DNA of 32,000 bases from Ferroglobus placidus DSM 10642 (GCF_000025505.1 NC_013849.1:450001-482000), one strand, 5' to 3'. Positions 1 to 9,548 are shown, numbered from the stretch's first letter. The notes: generated by a model not told the origin, from the letters alone. Program-made: numbers and translations.

Positions 1-657
1 CTTCCTGAGGATGAGAGGGAGCTTGCAGCCCTCTATGACAGACTCCTCATAAGGTACACGGTGGGATACATCAAAGATGATGCAAGCTTTGAGGAGATGC
101 TGAAAGGGGGTGAAGAGTACACTCCAAAGACCAGAATAACGATGGATGAGCTGAAGGTGATGCAGGGACAGGTTGCCGGGATAGACATCTCACGGGTGAT
201 ACCATCAATTGTGCAGCTGAGGAAATCCCTGAGGGAGAGCGGGATCGTGGTGAGTGACAGGCGCTTCAAGCAGTCCATATCCGTCATAAAGGCTCATGCA
301 TTCTTCAGTGGCAGAAGTGCTGCAACGATAGACGATCTCAGGGTTCTGCAGCACATCATGTGGGACACTCCCGAGCAGATAAGGGCTGTGAGGGCGGTGA
401 TCATGGACGCAGTCGATCCGTTTGCAAGGAAGGTGATGGAGTACAGGGACATAATCAGCGATTACTCATCCAGACTGCAGGGCAGGATAGATGCGGCGGA
501 GATACAGGAGATAATGGCTAAGCTTAAGGTTGTTGAGAACGAAATCAAGGAGTTGAGCAGGATGGCTGTGAGCAGCGGGAGGGATACTGCTGAGCTGGAT
601 GAAATCCTTGACGAGATACAGTCGCTGAAGATGAGCATGCTGGACAAGATGTTCTGA
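1..657 (+). CDS. MoxR-family AAA+ ATPase, RavA-like, C-terminal part (5' end lies upstream of the window)
   Basis: The 61..657 ORF frame stays open back to base 1 (LPEDERELAALYDRLLIRYTVGYIKDDASFEEML). The segment VVSDRRFKQSISVIKAHAFFSGRSAATIDDL resembles, from memory, the conserved post-AAA region of E. coli RavA (..SDRRW.K....L.A.AFFSGRSA..). A VWA gene follows directly, as in ravA-viaA pairs. Confidence 0.8.
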   Translation, partial: LPEDERELAALYDRLLIRYTVGYIKDDASFEEMLKGGEEYTPKTRITMDELKVMQGQVAGIDISRVIPSIVQLRKSLRESGIVVSDRRFKQSISVIKAHAFFSGRSAATIDDLRVLQHIMWDTPEQIRAVRAVIMDAVDPFARKVMEYRDIISDYSSRLQGRIDAAEIQEIMAKLKVVENEIKELSRMAVSSGRDTAELDEILDEIQSLKMSMLDKMF

Positions 658-754
658 TAGGAGTGTATTACCTCAAAGCGAGCTTCAGGAGCGAAGAGGA
701 GGCAGAGATGGCTGTCTTGGCGAGTTATCTGAGTTATCTTAATGAGGTGGTGGA

Positions 755-2164
755 ATGCTCGAAGATCTCCTCAAAATCTACGAGAAAGTACCATACACCG
801 TGAAAAAGGACAGGCTTGACGACATGCTTTTCGGCAGGCACAGGGACAGGATTGTTGAGAAGGTGAAGGATAAGGTTAAGGAAGCAATACCCCAGTTTCC
901 TCCATTAGTCACAGACACGTTCAACATTTTTCACAAGCCAGACCCGCAGTTTCTGGATGATAGCCAGATAGCTCCGGAGTTCAGGGTAAACAAGAGGGTG
1001 CTTGAGAAGATTATGAACACAGACACCTTCAGCGAGCTGAAGGAGACAACAACCCTTGACGATGTGAATTCTGCGATAGCCACAGCAATTCTCACGGAGA
1101 GGCTGTACGAGGAGCTTAAGAGTAAACTTGGGGAGATAAAGGAGCACACCGAGAAAATCCAGCAGCTGAGGAATCAGCTGCCAGGCAAGAGCGGAGAGGA
1201 TGTCAAGCAAGCACTCCAGCAGATCGAGGAGCACAGCAGGGCTTTACAAGGCATTGTAACACAGGGTGCTGTCAGCGTTGCTGTGAGAAAAGCCCAGGAG
1301 GAGTTTGAGAAGGTGCAGAATGCAATGGTAGCTCTTGGATTTGGAAATGAGCCGGGAAAACCAGTACAGGTTGACCCTGAGACAGCAATAAAGCTTGCCT
1401 CTGAGCTGAAAAGCAATGAACGGCTAAAAAAGATGGTGGAGCTGCTGGGGAAGATGCGGAACCTGCTGAAATCAACCGCCAAGGCCAAGCCGAGAAAGAG
1501 CATGCTTGAGCTGCACAGCATTACATCCGGCAGGGAAATCGAAAGATTGCTCCCATCAGAGATTCTGAAGCTCAGAAAATACAGGGTGGTGTTCCTCAGG
1601 GACTACTATGAGGGAAGGCTCTTACACTACGATTTGAAGAGGAGGGAGAAAGAGAGTAAGGGCCCGATAGTGATTGCTCTTGATCTGTCGGGATCGATGT
1701 CCGGAGCAAAGGAGCAGTGGGCCAAGGCAGTCTCGCTTGCCACAATAGATATTGCAGTGAAGGAGAGGCGCCCATGGGCCATTATAGCCTTCGACGCAGG
1801 GATAAAGGATGTTAAGGTGTTCAGAAAACAGCCGAAGCCCGAGGATGTTCTGGGGATAATGAGAATAGGAGCAAGCGGTGGGACAAACTTTGAAAAGCCC
1901 CTGAAAGAGGCAATGAAAATTGTTGAGGATTGCAGGGAATTCACAAAGGCAGACATCCTCTTCATCTCAGATGGTGACTGTAAGGTTGGGTGGGAATTCC
2001 TTGAGGAGTTTACAAGGTTCAAAAGGCGGAGAAATGTCCGGGTTACGGGTGTGCTGATAAGCGGAATACCACGGATTATGAGGATGTTCTGCGATGAGGT
2101 GTTTGCTCTGAAGGAAAGGCTTGACGATAAAGCTGCAGAGGCAATATTTCAGAGGCTTGTTTGA
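755..2164 (+). CDS. von Willebrand factor A domain protein, ViaA-like partner of the upstream AAA+ ATPase
   Basis: 469 aa. The C-terminal VWA fold has MIDAS residues (IALDLSGSMSG ... SGGTNF ... LFISDGD) after a long helical N-terminal region. Start follows the cassette gaggtggtggaATG at 744-757. Confidence 0.85.
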   Translation: MLEDLLKIYEKVPYTVKKDRLDDMLFGRHRDRIVEKVKDKVKEAIPQFPPLVTDTFNIFHKPDPQFLDDSQIAPEFRVNKRVLEKIMNTDTFSELKETTTLDDVNSAIATAILTERLYEELKSKLGEIKEHTEKIQQLRNQLPGKSGEDVKQALQQIEEHSRALQGIVTQGAVSVAVRKAQEEFEKVQNAMVALGFGNEPGKPVQVDPETAIKLASELKSNERLKKMVELLGKMRNLLKSTAKAKPRKSMLELHSITSGREIERLLPSEILKLRKYRVVFLRDYYEGRLLHYDLKRREKESKGPIVIALDLSGSMSGAKEQWAKAVSLATIDIAVKERRPWAIIAFDAGIKDVKVFRKQPKPEDVLGIMRIGASGGTNFEKPLKEAMKIVEDCREFTKADILFISDGDCKVGWEFLEEFTRFKRRRNVRVTGVLISGIPRIMRMFCDEVFALKERLDDKAAEAIFQRLV

Positions 2165-2257
2165 TTCACAGATCAAACTTCAACCATTCTGCACCACTGC
2201 CGGTCATAAGCCCCAAGTTTTTTATCAGATTTTCGGATTTTTTGAGGAGGGTTCTGT

Positions 2258-2698
2258 GTGAGGAAAAAGGATGTATGTGTGGGGGTGGTAGACGGAGAAA
2301 AGGCCAGAGAGTACAAGCCAACCCTGCACCCCTTCGTAAGCATTTACCGCAAACACGGTGATGACTTAGTACAGGAATTCGTTTATACCTCCGACGGATG
2401 GGTTCCCACATGGAGACTGCCGACGAGGGAGAACCTAAGGAAAATTGAGGACGGTGAGGATGTTGATGCAGTCTTCACAGTTCTCATAAGAGAGGGGAGT
2501 TTGATCAAGAGGGTGATAAAGCACAGAGGTAGAACAGTAACAAAGCTGTTCATATTCACGCGATTCGGTCTATTGGAGCAGGAGTACGAGTACAGGATGG
2601 GAACTTGCGTGATCGGCAAGAAAAGCGGGAGTTACTTTGCTCTGAAAACAGGATTGAGGGTTGAAGAGAGAGATCATGTTTTTTGGACGCAAGAGTGA
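2258..2698 (+). CDS. hypothetical protein (146 aa)
   Basis: Long ORF with a GTG start 7 nt after gaggagg (2244-2250). No recognisable motif. Confidence 0.55.
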   Translation: MRKKDVCVGVVDGEKAREYKPTLHPFVSIYRKHGDDLVQEFVYTSDGWVPTWRLPTRENLRKIEDGEDVDAVFTVLIREGSLIKRVIKHRGRTVTKLFIFTRFGLLEQEYEYRMGTCVIGKKSGSYFALKTGLRVEERDHVFWTQE

Positions 2699-2712
2699 GT
2701 GGAGGTGAGAAC

Positions 2713-3174
2713 ATGCTTGGGTGGTTGATAGGCAAAGGGGAGAGCAAAGCCAGGGGGAAAGAGAGAGGGAAGAAGAATAGGAAGAGGGAGCTGGGGAAAA
2801 TAAAGTTCAACAAAATTCTGGACAGGATCTCTGCTGAGGTGCAGGAACTGCGGGACGAGTGGATGGATGTGGTGGAGGACTGTGACGAAGACAGAGAGGA
2901 AGAGGAGTGGGAGGAACTCCTTAAGAAGATAAAGGAGATCGAGGAAAAGTACAGCGAGAAGACTGGATTCAACATAAGGGTAAAGGTGAACAGAGAGGGG
3001 AATGCCATGTCAATCTGGATCAACGACCTGCGGTTTGACTACGAGTTCGTGGACATACTCGAAGAGTACGAAGAGAAAGAAGAGGTAGAGGTAGAGGATG
3101 GAGGGGCTTTGACAGGAGAGGTGAAGAGGGAACAGACTGAAGTCCTCCCGTCTCGCGATGTGATGTACGTCTGA
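2713..3174 (+). CDS. hypothetical highly charged protein (basic N-terminus, Glu-rich helical body)
   Basis: Same frame as track ORF 2683..3174. ATG 2713 is preferred because ggaggtga (2701-2708) precedes it and the upstream gene stops at 2698. Sequence runs KGESKARGKERGKKNRKRE, then EDCDEDREEEEWEELLKKIKEIEEKY. Confidence 0.6.
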   Translation: MLGWLIGKGESKARGKERGKKNRKRELGKIKFNKILDRISAEVQELRDEWMDVVEDCDEDREEEEWEELLKKIKEIEEKYSEKTGFNIRVKVNREGNAMSIWINDLRFDYEFVDILEEYEEKEEVEVEDGGALTGEVKREQTEVLPSRDVMYV

Positions 3175-3233
3175 TTTTTGGCTCGTTTTTGGTTTTAACC
3201 CGTTTTTTGGCATTTTCCGAACTGGGTGATTTT

Positions 3234-3563
3234 ATGGAGGATGTAGTGGTTAGAAGATATGAGAATTTTGAGAATTATTACGACCTGGTAGAGCTGCCAG
3301 GCGGGTCGCACATACCAGTTCCAATTGCCATCCAGCTTGTTGGAATAAAAGAGGTGGCAAAGATTCCGGTGAGCCGGAAGGTGAGAAATGATAACTTCTT
3401 TTACTGTCTGGAGTGCGACGAGCACTCTTTCTTCAAGTGCTGGGAGCACTACGAACCAGAGATCGATGTGGAGGAGGATCTGAAACTCAAGGAAGCAGTA
3501 TTTGTCTCCCTCATCAGGAACGGCAAGCACAGAAAGTGCAGATACATCATTTCCATTTACTGA
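3234..3563 (+). CDS. hypothetical protein (109 aa), possible Cys/His metal site
   Basis: Same frame as track ORF 3189..3563. The first ATG is at 3234, after a GT-rich spacer. Contains CLECDEHSFFKCWEH. Confidence 0.55.
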   Translation: MEDVVVRRYENFENYYDLVELPGGSHIPVPIAIQLVGIKEVAKIPVSRKVRNDNFFYCLECDEHSFFKCWEHYEPEIDVEEDLKLKEAVFVSLIRNGKHRKCRYIISIY

Positions 3564-3602
3564 TTGGTTTTTTGGCTCTTTTCTGGATTGGAGGTGATTT
3601 AA

Positions 3603-4871
3603 ATGTCTGTATCCGAGGAGGTTGGTTCAACCTATTATGAGGTGGACCACGACGAGCTCCTTGAGGATATCATAGATGCTTACGAAACGAGGGAGCCCCT
3701 GTACATCTGGGGCAGGACGGGGATTGGTAAATCGTATACTGTGAGGGAAGCTGCCAGAAGGCTTGCAGAGAAGTTCGGAAGGAAATACTCTGAAAGGCCG
3801 GAGGATGCGGACAGCGAGCACTTTGTGCTGGTAGATAGAAGGCTGGCGCAGATGGAGCCCACAGACCTGCTGGGGGTGCTGTACAAGGACAACGGAGTTT
3901 CGAAGTGGCACTACCCTGACTGGTTAGTGAGGCTGACAAAGCAGTGGGAAGAACAGCAGGGAGTCGAGGTAAAAGGGATACTCTTCTTTGACGAACTCAA
4001 CCTCGCTTCGCAGATAATACAAAATGCAGCATATAGCATAATAAATGAGAGAAGGATCCACGAGCTTGAGCTTGCAGATGGAGTGACAGTAATTGCTGCG
4101 GGCAATGTTGCCGAGGATAAAGCATACACCTTCGATCTGGCAGACCCGCTGAAAACGAGGTTCACCCACGTAACCCTGAAAATACCCGTTTTCAAGGATG
4201 AAGAGTCAAGGAAGGGCTGGTACTACTGGGCTGCTGAGAAAGGCATTGATGGAAGAATTCTTGCCTTCCTGAGCTTCAGACCCGATTTACTGTTCAGATA
4301 CATTGAGAACGACAGAACCTTCCCAACTCCGAGAGGCTGGGAGAAGGCATCGAGGCTGATGAAGAGGAAGTCCAATGAAGAGGCGTGGAGAGCTGTTGCC
4401 AAGGCATGCGGCTATGCTGCAGGGCTCCAGTTCAAGGAGTTCATGGAGCTCAGCGCAGACATAGACATTGATGAGGTTCTGAAGAAGCCTGAAATGTTCC
4501 TGGACTTCGACATATCTGTGAGATTCTCGGTTATAGCCTCCCTATCACACCTCTACACACAGAAGCCCGACAGGTATGCTGAGAGGATGATGAAGTTAGC
4601 GGCACATCTCTTCACGGGCATCTACGACGACAGAAAGCTGAACGAGTACATCAGGCTGGCAGAGAAGTATGCAGGGACGGCGAAAGAGAGTGAGGATGAG
4701 ATGGAGAAAATCAGAAGAAAGATGAGGGAGATGGAGGGTGAAAGACAGGCGGAGCTTGCAGCCCTTATCCTTTCAAGCATGAAGGATGTGAATAGGGAGA
4801 AGTTCTCAGAAGTGCTGTTCAAGTCAAAGTACTCCACAGCAGTCGTGGACCTCGTTTACTACACAATCTGA
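3603..4871 (+). CDS. MoxR-like AAA+ ATPase (AAA_5 type)
   Basis: 422 aa with Walker A GRTGIGKS, Walker B ILFFDELN and a sensor-like VIAAGN. Start context is ggaggtgatttaaATG. A DUF2201-type peptidase/VWA gene lies two genes downstream. Confidence 0.9.
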   Translation: MSVSEEVGSTYYEVDHDELLEDIIDAYETREPLYIWGRTGIGKSYTVREAARRLAEKFGRKYSERPEDADSEHFVLVDRRLAQMEPTDLLGVLYKDNGVSKWHYPDWLVRLTKQWEEQQGVEVKGILFFDELNLASQIIQNAAYSIINERRIHELELADGVTVIAAGNVAEDKAYTFDLADPLKTRFTHVTLKIPVFKDEESRKGWYYWAAEKGIDGRILAFLSFRPDLLFRYIENDRTFPTPRGWEKASRLMKRKSNEEAWRAVAKACGYAAGLQFKEFMELSADIDIDEVLKKPEMFLDFDISVRFSVIASLSHLYTQKPDRYAERMMKLAAHLFTGIYDDRKLNEYIRLAEKYAGTAKESEDEMEKIRRKMREMEGERQAELAALILSSMKDVNREKFSEVLFKSKYSTAVVDLVYYTI

Positions 4872-4903
4872 TTTTTTGAATTTTGAATTACCGGGTGGTG
4901 TTA

Positions 4904-5317
4904 ATGTCCCTCTTTGACCAGATTGTTGAGATTAACAGAAAAATGTTTGCCGAGGGAAACAGCCATCCCGCGCATGTAATCCTTGTCAGGGATGATGAGC
5001 CTCTGGGGCTTATAGTTCTGCCCTTCATCGACAGCTTCATAAAGCAGCTAATTTTCGGCGTTGTCATCCCGCAGATAGTCAGAGCGCATGCCCCCGAGGC
5101 GTGCATCTTTGTCCTGCCATCAACAATGAAGGAGTTTGTTCATGACAGGGTTGAGGTCGAGGATGTGGTGATGGTGCAGGAAGTGGATGCAATCAAGATC
5201 AGGACAGTGATAATCAAAAAAGGAGAGATTGTTGAGCCTGAAGAAGAGAATGTACAGGCAAACCTCCTTGAGCCGGTCAGAGAGGCCATGAAGTCTGTGT
5301 GGGAAGAGATAATCTGA
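4904..5317 (+). CDS. hypothetical protein (137 aa)
   Basis: Same frame as track ORF 4883..5317. ATG 4904 follows gggtggtg. No recognisable motif. Confidence 0.55.
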   Translation: MSLFDQIVEINRKMFAEGNSHPAHVILVRDDEPLGLIVLPFIDSFIKQLIFGVVIPQIVRAHAPEACIFVLPSTMKEFVHDRVEVEDVVMVQEVDAIKIRTVIIKKGEIVEPEEENVQANLLEPVREAMKSVWEEII

Positions 5318-5339
5318 TGCGGGTGAGGGAGGGATAGTG

Positions 5340-5825
5340 ATGTGGGCCGTCCACGCAGGTCCATGGTGGGAACCAAAGATTCTCAGGGTTTTCAAAAACA
5401 GGGAGGATGCTGAGAAGGGAAGGGTAGTTCTTGCATACGAGCTTGCTCGGAAAAGAGCGATAGATCCCCTCGACGAGATAGGGAGCTGTCTGGACGATCT
5501 CGGAGTGCTTGAGCTCGAAGCGGAAAAACCACCCTCCGATGAGGAGGTGCTGGGCATTCTGAAGGATACCACAACCTCTGCTTTCGAGGAGGGGCTTGCT
5601 GGTGCATTGAATAACATGCGCACCCTGCTCGATGCAGTGGCAGAGCTATACGATCCAGACGCAATTCTGCAGAAGATTGCAGAGGGTGTGAAAAAGTACA
5701 GGGGGAATTCGAAGCACATCCCGATTACCAGCAAAGCTCTCGACGACTTCATTTTTGAGGTTGCAGACGCACTCGGAATTTCGGAGGAAAGGGTGAAGAA
5801 GGTGCTGCTTCCCGCAATTCTGTAG
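5340..5825 (+). CDS. hypothetical acidic protein with conserved C-terminal tail (..GISEERVKKVLLPAIL)
   Basis: ORF with a GTG-ATG start at 5337/5340 after gagggaggg. The C-terminal ~55 aa resemble those of the 10085 and 10552 proteins (DAILQKIAEGVKK / DDILHAVAEGLKA). Ends in the shared tail motif. Confidence 0.7.
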   Translation: MWAVHAGPWWEPKILRVFKNREDAEKGRVVLAYELARKRAIDPLDEIGSCLDDLGVLELEAEKPPSDEEVLGILKDTTTSAFEEGLAGALNNMRTLLDAVAELYDPDAILQKIAEGVKKYRGNSKHIPITSKALDDFIFEVADALGISEERVKKVLLPAIL

Positions 5826-5918
5826 GACTGCTGAGAACTCTTTTCTGAATCGAGAAGGTGTTAGGCTTGTTACTCTGTAGTTGTGTTTTGCGTTTGGATT
5901 TGTTTGGGAGGTGGTAAG

Positions 5919-7325
5919 GTGCACGAGCAAGACATGTTCAAACTACCTCCAAGAGAGAGGGTGAAGAAGGCAAGGGTAAAACTCCTGAGAGAGAAGCCGT
6001 TTTTCGGCTATGCTTTGATGCACATCCCTTTGGTGGCAAAGGATGATCCAAAGCCTAAGGGCCCGAAGATCGTCTACAACCCCGATTTTGTAGAGAAGCT
6101 TGACGACGATGAGCTCCAGGCAGTTCTCTGCCACGAACTGCTCCATTATCTGTTGATGCACACCAAAAGATCAAAGGAGATGCGCAGAAAAGAGAGAGAG
6201 GGGACGCTCAATGAATACGACAGGAGGAGGAACATTGCTGAAGACATTGTGGTGAATGCCCTCCTCACAAAGAATGGATTTAAGCTCCCGGAATCGAAGG
6301 TGATAATCAGCGGTAATGAGATAAAGGTGAGGCAGGGTGCAATTGTTCCTCAGCTTGACTACAGAACCGGCAAACTGGTTGTGAGGATGAGGGATGCAGA
6401 GGGCAAGTTATACGAGATATTTGACCCAGAGCAGAAGTCAGCTGAGGAGGTTTACTGGGAAATAAAGGACTTTGCCGTGGGCGATGATGGTAGCGATGAG
6501 GATGACACAATGTACTTCTCGGATGATGAGAGCTACGACGACAGCGAGGAGAGTAGAAGTAGAAGTGGTGGTGGTAGCAGCAGCAGAGGTGACCGTGGCA
6601 GAAAAGACAGAGAAAGTAAAGGAAAAGGAAAAGGGGAAGTTAAGGATAAAGATAGAAAGGACACGGAAGCTGGGAGTGATGGCGGCAATGACGGCAGTGA
6701 CAGCAGAGTTAAATCTCCCGCACAACTGCTGAGCGAGGCTTACAACTACGCCAAAATGCAGGGCAAGGATCCGGCAGGGTTTGACAGGCTGGTTGAGAAG
6801 GCTTTGAAACCAAAGATCAACTGGAAGGCACTGTTAAGGCAGCACGTATCCAAGATGGTACCCCACGACTACAGCTTCCTCAAGCCGAGCAGGAAGAGCC
6901 CGCCGAACATTATCCTGCCCGGGATTGTTAAGGGAGAGAGCATTGAGGGCATTGTTGCTGTTGATACATCCGGATCGATAAGCGATGAAGAGCTTTCCCA
7001 GTTTTTATCGGAGATAAGATGGATCGCCAGAAACTACCCATCAATCAACATAACGCTTGTGAGCTGCGATGCAGCAATCCATACAGAGGAGCAGATAAGG
7101 AGCAGATACGAGCTTGATAAGTTCAAGCCGAAGGGTGGAGGGGGAACTGACTTCAGACCCGTGTTTGAGCTTGCAGCAAAGAAGAGGGCAAGGCTGGTCA
7201 TATACTTCACAGACGGCTACGGCTCATTCCCCGAGAGAAAGCCAAGATTTTCAACAATCTGGGTTGTGTCCGAGCAGGGAGCTCCGGAATCTCATTTCCC
7301 GTTCGGCAAAGTCATCAAGATGTGA
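5919..7325 (+). CDS. putative metallopeptidase (HExxH) plus VWA-like domain protein, DUF2201-type partner of MoxR ATPase
   Basis: HExxH in LCHELLHYLLMH. The C-terminal VWA-like region has AVDTSGSIS ... GGGGTDF ... IYFTDGYG. A ~75-aa Asp/Ser/Gly/Lys-rich low-complexity insert sits between the domains. GTG 5919 occupies the exact cassette position (gaggtggtaagGTG, 5908-5921). Confidence 0.85.
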   Translation: MHEQDMFKLPPRERVKKARVKLLREKPFFGYALMHIPLVAKDDPKPKGPKIVYNPDFVEKLDDDELQAVLCHELLHYLLMHTKRSKEMRRKEREGTLNEYDRRRNIAEDIVVNALLTKNGFKLPESKVIISGNEIKVRQGAIVPQLDYRTGKLVVRMRDAEGKLYEIFDPEQKSAEEVYWEIKDFAVGDDGSDEDDTMYFSDDESYDDSEESRSRSGGGSSSRGDRGRKDRESKGKGKGEVKDKDRKDTEAGSDGGNDGSDSRVKSPAQLLSEAYNYAKMQGKDPAGFDRLVEKALKPKINWKALLRQHVSKMVPHDYSFLKPSRKSPPNIILPGIVKGESIEGIVAVDTSGSISDEELSQFLSEIRWIARNYPSINITLVSCDAAIHTEEQIRSRYELDKFKPKGGGGTDFRPVFELAAKKRARLVIYFTDGYGSFPERKPRFSTIWVVSEQGAPESHFPFGKVIKM

Positions 7326-7331
7326 GGTACC

Positions 7332-7886
7332 ATGACAGACTGGGTTCAATTCTCATTAAAAATGCTGGAGAGAACCTGGAAAGAGAACTACAAAAGAATC
7401 TCAGTCACATGGGTCTACGAGTCTGCAGTCCCGGACGAGATCGGAAAAATAACGTACGTAGAGATATGTGAAAGAGAGATAAACAGCCAAAAAGACCTTC
7501 AGAGATGGCAAGAGAGGTTGCAGATGTATCCTTTAGAGCTAGTATCTTTTCTTGATGAAAATGAAGATATGAGGAACTTCAAAGATATACTCGACGATCT
7601 GAAGAGATGCGAAAGATTTAGAATTGATGCCTGTATTAAGATTGTCAAAAAAGTCAAAGAAAGGCTGTATCTCGCCACACTACTTGGAGATAGTTATTTG
7701 CTTAAACTGCTCCCTGAAGGCAGAAAACAATTAGTATTTGACGTCTTTCCAGACAGAAAATATCAATGGGTCAGGCTACACTCGGACTCCGAAGACGATA
7801 TCTTCACCGACACAGTTCTTATAAAAGATAAAAGAGAGATGTTATTCGAATGTAGTATCGCTGTTTTTGTAATTTATGTTTATTAA
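7332..7886 (+). CDS. hypothetical protein (184 aa), low-GC block
   Basis: Long ORF with ATG 7 nt after the upstream stop. AT-rich codon usage differs from the flanking genes. No shared tail. Confidence 0.6.
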   Translation: MTDWVQFSLKMLERTWKENYKRISVTWVYESAVPDEIGKITYVEICEREINSQKDLQRWQERLQMYPLELVSFLDENEDMRNFKDILDDLKRCERFRIDACIKIVKKVKERLYLATLLGDSYLLKLLPEGRKQLVFDVFPDRKYQWVRLHSDSEDDIFTDTVLIKDKREMLFECSIAVFVIYVY

Positions 7887-7903
7887 AGAGGAGGTGATGT
7901 GTG

Positions 7904-8962
7904 ATGGTGGTTGAAAATTTTGAAATAAAAAATCCCTATGCTTCTAGAATTCTCGATAAACTTCCGACATGGATCAAGTCTGCCAAACCAAAGTATCTTG
8001 TCCTAAGTGGTGTTTCACCATATCTTGACGAGTTCAGAGCGTACCTTTTAGATCAAATACACAGCATATATGGCATTTCCTTTGACCTCACAAGCGACAA
8101 AATATACCACAAAGGCGAGGAAATTTCACCAGAGCTATTTCTATACTTCTCGGAAGAGAGTCCGAAGGAAGGTCTTTTCTACCTCGACCTATTGGTTTTC
8201 AGAGCTATAGCTCTTAACCACTTTGGAAAAATAATTGAAAGACATGACATTGATGCCAGCGAGGACTACATCGCCAGTGGATACAAGCTCTTTCCGCCGG
8301 TCTCTGATTTTCTCAAGATGCTTGACGTAAGCTGCACCGACATCATTGATAGCATCGATAGTAGCTCTCTCGACAACCTGCCAGCGATAGGCACGGAACA
8401 CGAGAGCCTACTGAGTGCGTTTGGATTCAGAGGACTTAACATCTGGGGAACAATTCCCATAGCAAGCTACAAAACGGAGAAGAAGGAGAACTTGCTACTC
8501 GTTTACAACACTCCACTACATCTGCCGGTACACAACACAGCATATCTTGAAAACATAAATCCAAAGAAAAAAGCAGACTCATACTTTGCAGAGAGGCTTG
8601 CTCCAGCATTCGATTTCTGGATTCCAGATAAGTCTGAAGTCGAAAGATTTGCTTTGATGGACATTGAAGGCTACAAGCTCACAGTTCTAAGGACGATAGT
8701 CTACATACTCGGATATCCTACAGTGAGAGTCAGCATTTGCGATGAAACAGTAGAAGCAAAGATCAGAATCGGAAAGTACGGAGATCCAGTGCTTGAGATT
8801 GACGACGTGTGCGACCACGACTACAAGTGGGTCATTATACCAACAGAGAATGCAAGAGAAGCTGCAAGAGTTCTTGATGAAATACTAACATACAACTTTG
8901 GGATCAGTGAAATCAGGAGAACTTCGAATCCTAAAGCAGTCTTTGCAACCTATGAAATTTAA
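7904..8962 (+). CDS. hypothetical protein (352 aa), low-GC block
   Basis: Long ORF with start gaggaggtgatgtGTGATG (GTG 7901 or ATG 7904). No recognisable motif and no shared tail. Confidence 0.65.
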   Translation: MVVENFEIKNPYASRILDKLPTWIKSAKPKYLVLSGVSPYLDEFRAYLLDQIHSIYGISFDLTSDKIYHKGEEISPELFLYFSEESPKEGLFYLDLLVFRAIALNHFGKIIERHDIDASEDYIASGYKLFPPVSDFLKMLDVSCTDIIDSIDSSSLDNLPAIGTEHESLLSAFGFRGLNIWGTIPIASYKTEKKENLLLVYNTPLHLPVHNTAYLENINPKKKADSYFAERLAPAFDFWIPDKSEVERFALMDIEGYKLTVLRTIVYILGYPTVRVSICDETVEAKIRIGKYGDPVLEIDDVCDHDYKWVIIPTENAREAARVLDEILTYNFGISEIRRTSNPKAVFATYEI

Positions 8963-9030
8963 TCTTTTTAACATTAGTTCATTATTTAAGCTTTTGAGGT
9001 TAAAGTTGTGGTGGAAAAAGAGGTGGTGGG

Positions 9031-9510
9031 ATGGTAAAGTGCTATGTGTGCTGGAAAAGATTTGGTAGCAATGAAGAGTTCTTCAAACATGCCGTAGAAG
9101 AGCACGGTAGTATAGAGGAAGCCATCTACGAGATAGAGGAGATACGCGGAGAGCCCACCGAAGCCCTTAATGTTCCTGGCTTCATAGAAGCCGAATATGA
9201 CTCAGAGGTTCTGAGAGTCAAGAAGCTGCGAGGTGTTGCAGACAACAGATATTTCATTGACGTACACGACTGCCACGGCAGATTGCATTTCGGAGTTGTC
9301 AAGGATGACTGGAAAAAGATCGGTGATGGTTGGTTTTCTGTCCCAGGACTTCTCTACAGAAAAGACATTGAGAAAGAGCTTGAAAAGATCTGCTGGATGG
9401 TCCTGGAAGATAGAGGTGGAGCAATAAACATCTCGGGGAAGTATTACCTCGACGACGAACACATAGGAAGAATACTCTTCCTCACGGGAGTTTGCGGTTT
9501 AGAGGGATGA
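9031..9510 (+). CDS. C2H2 zinc-finger protein (159 aa)
   Basis: N-terminal CYVCWKRFGSNEEFFKHAVEEH fits C-x2-C-x12-H-x4-H. Start context is gaggtggtgggATG. Confidence 0.65.
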   Translation: MVKCYVCWKRFGSNEEFFKHAVEEHGSIEEAIYEIEEIRGEPTEALNVPGFIEAEYDSEVLRVKKLRGVADNRYFIDVHDCHGRLHFGVVKDDWKKIGDGWFSVPGLLYRKDIEKELEKICWMVLEDRGGAINISGKYYLDDEHIGRILFLTGVCGLEG

Positions 9511-9548
9511 GTGAAGAGGGAAAGAGCATGAATGTTGAGAACTTTTGT

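Noticed and set aside
708-800. 30-aa ORF from ATG 708 (MAVLASYLSYLNEVVECSK...) preceded by gaggagg; tandem 9-mer gagttatct x2 at 722-739
   Set aside because: The ORF overlaps the VWA gene start out of frame and would read through its RBS cassette. It is too short and unsupported. The 9-mer duplication is real but too small to interpret.
5120-5752. Long minus-strand ORFs antisense to + strand genes (for example 5120..5752, 2556..3023, 19257..19811, 20378..20812, 29688..30215, 30062..30520)
   Set aside because: They overlap stronger + strand ORFs that have RBS cassettes and recognisable domains. Their products are Ser/Leu/Pro-rich low-complexity sequence, typical of the shadow frame of GAR-rich acidic genes. 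None has a GGAGGTG-type RBS.
6472-6732. Alternative-frame ORF inside the DUF2201-type gene (MPWAMMVAMRM...VEVEVVVVAAAEV)
   Set aside because: It is a frame-shifted reading of the purine-rich low-complexity insert. The main frame is continuous and links two recognisable domains.
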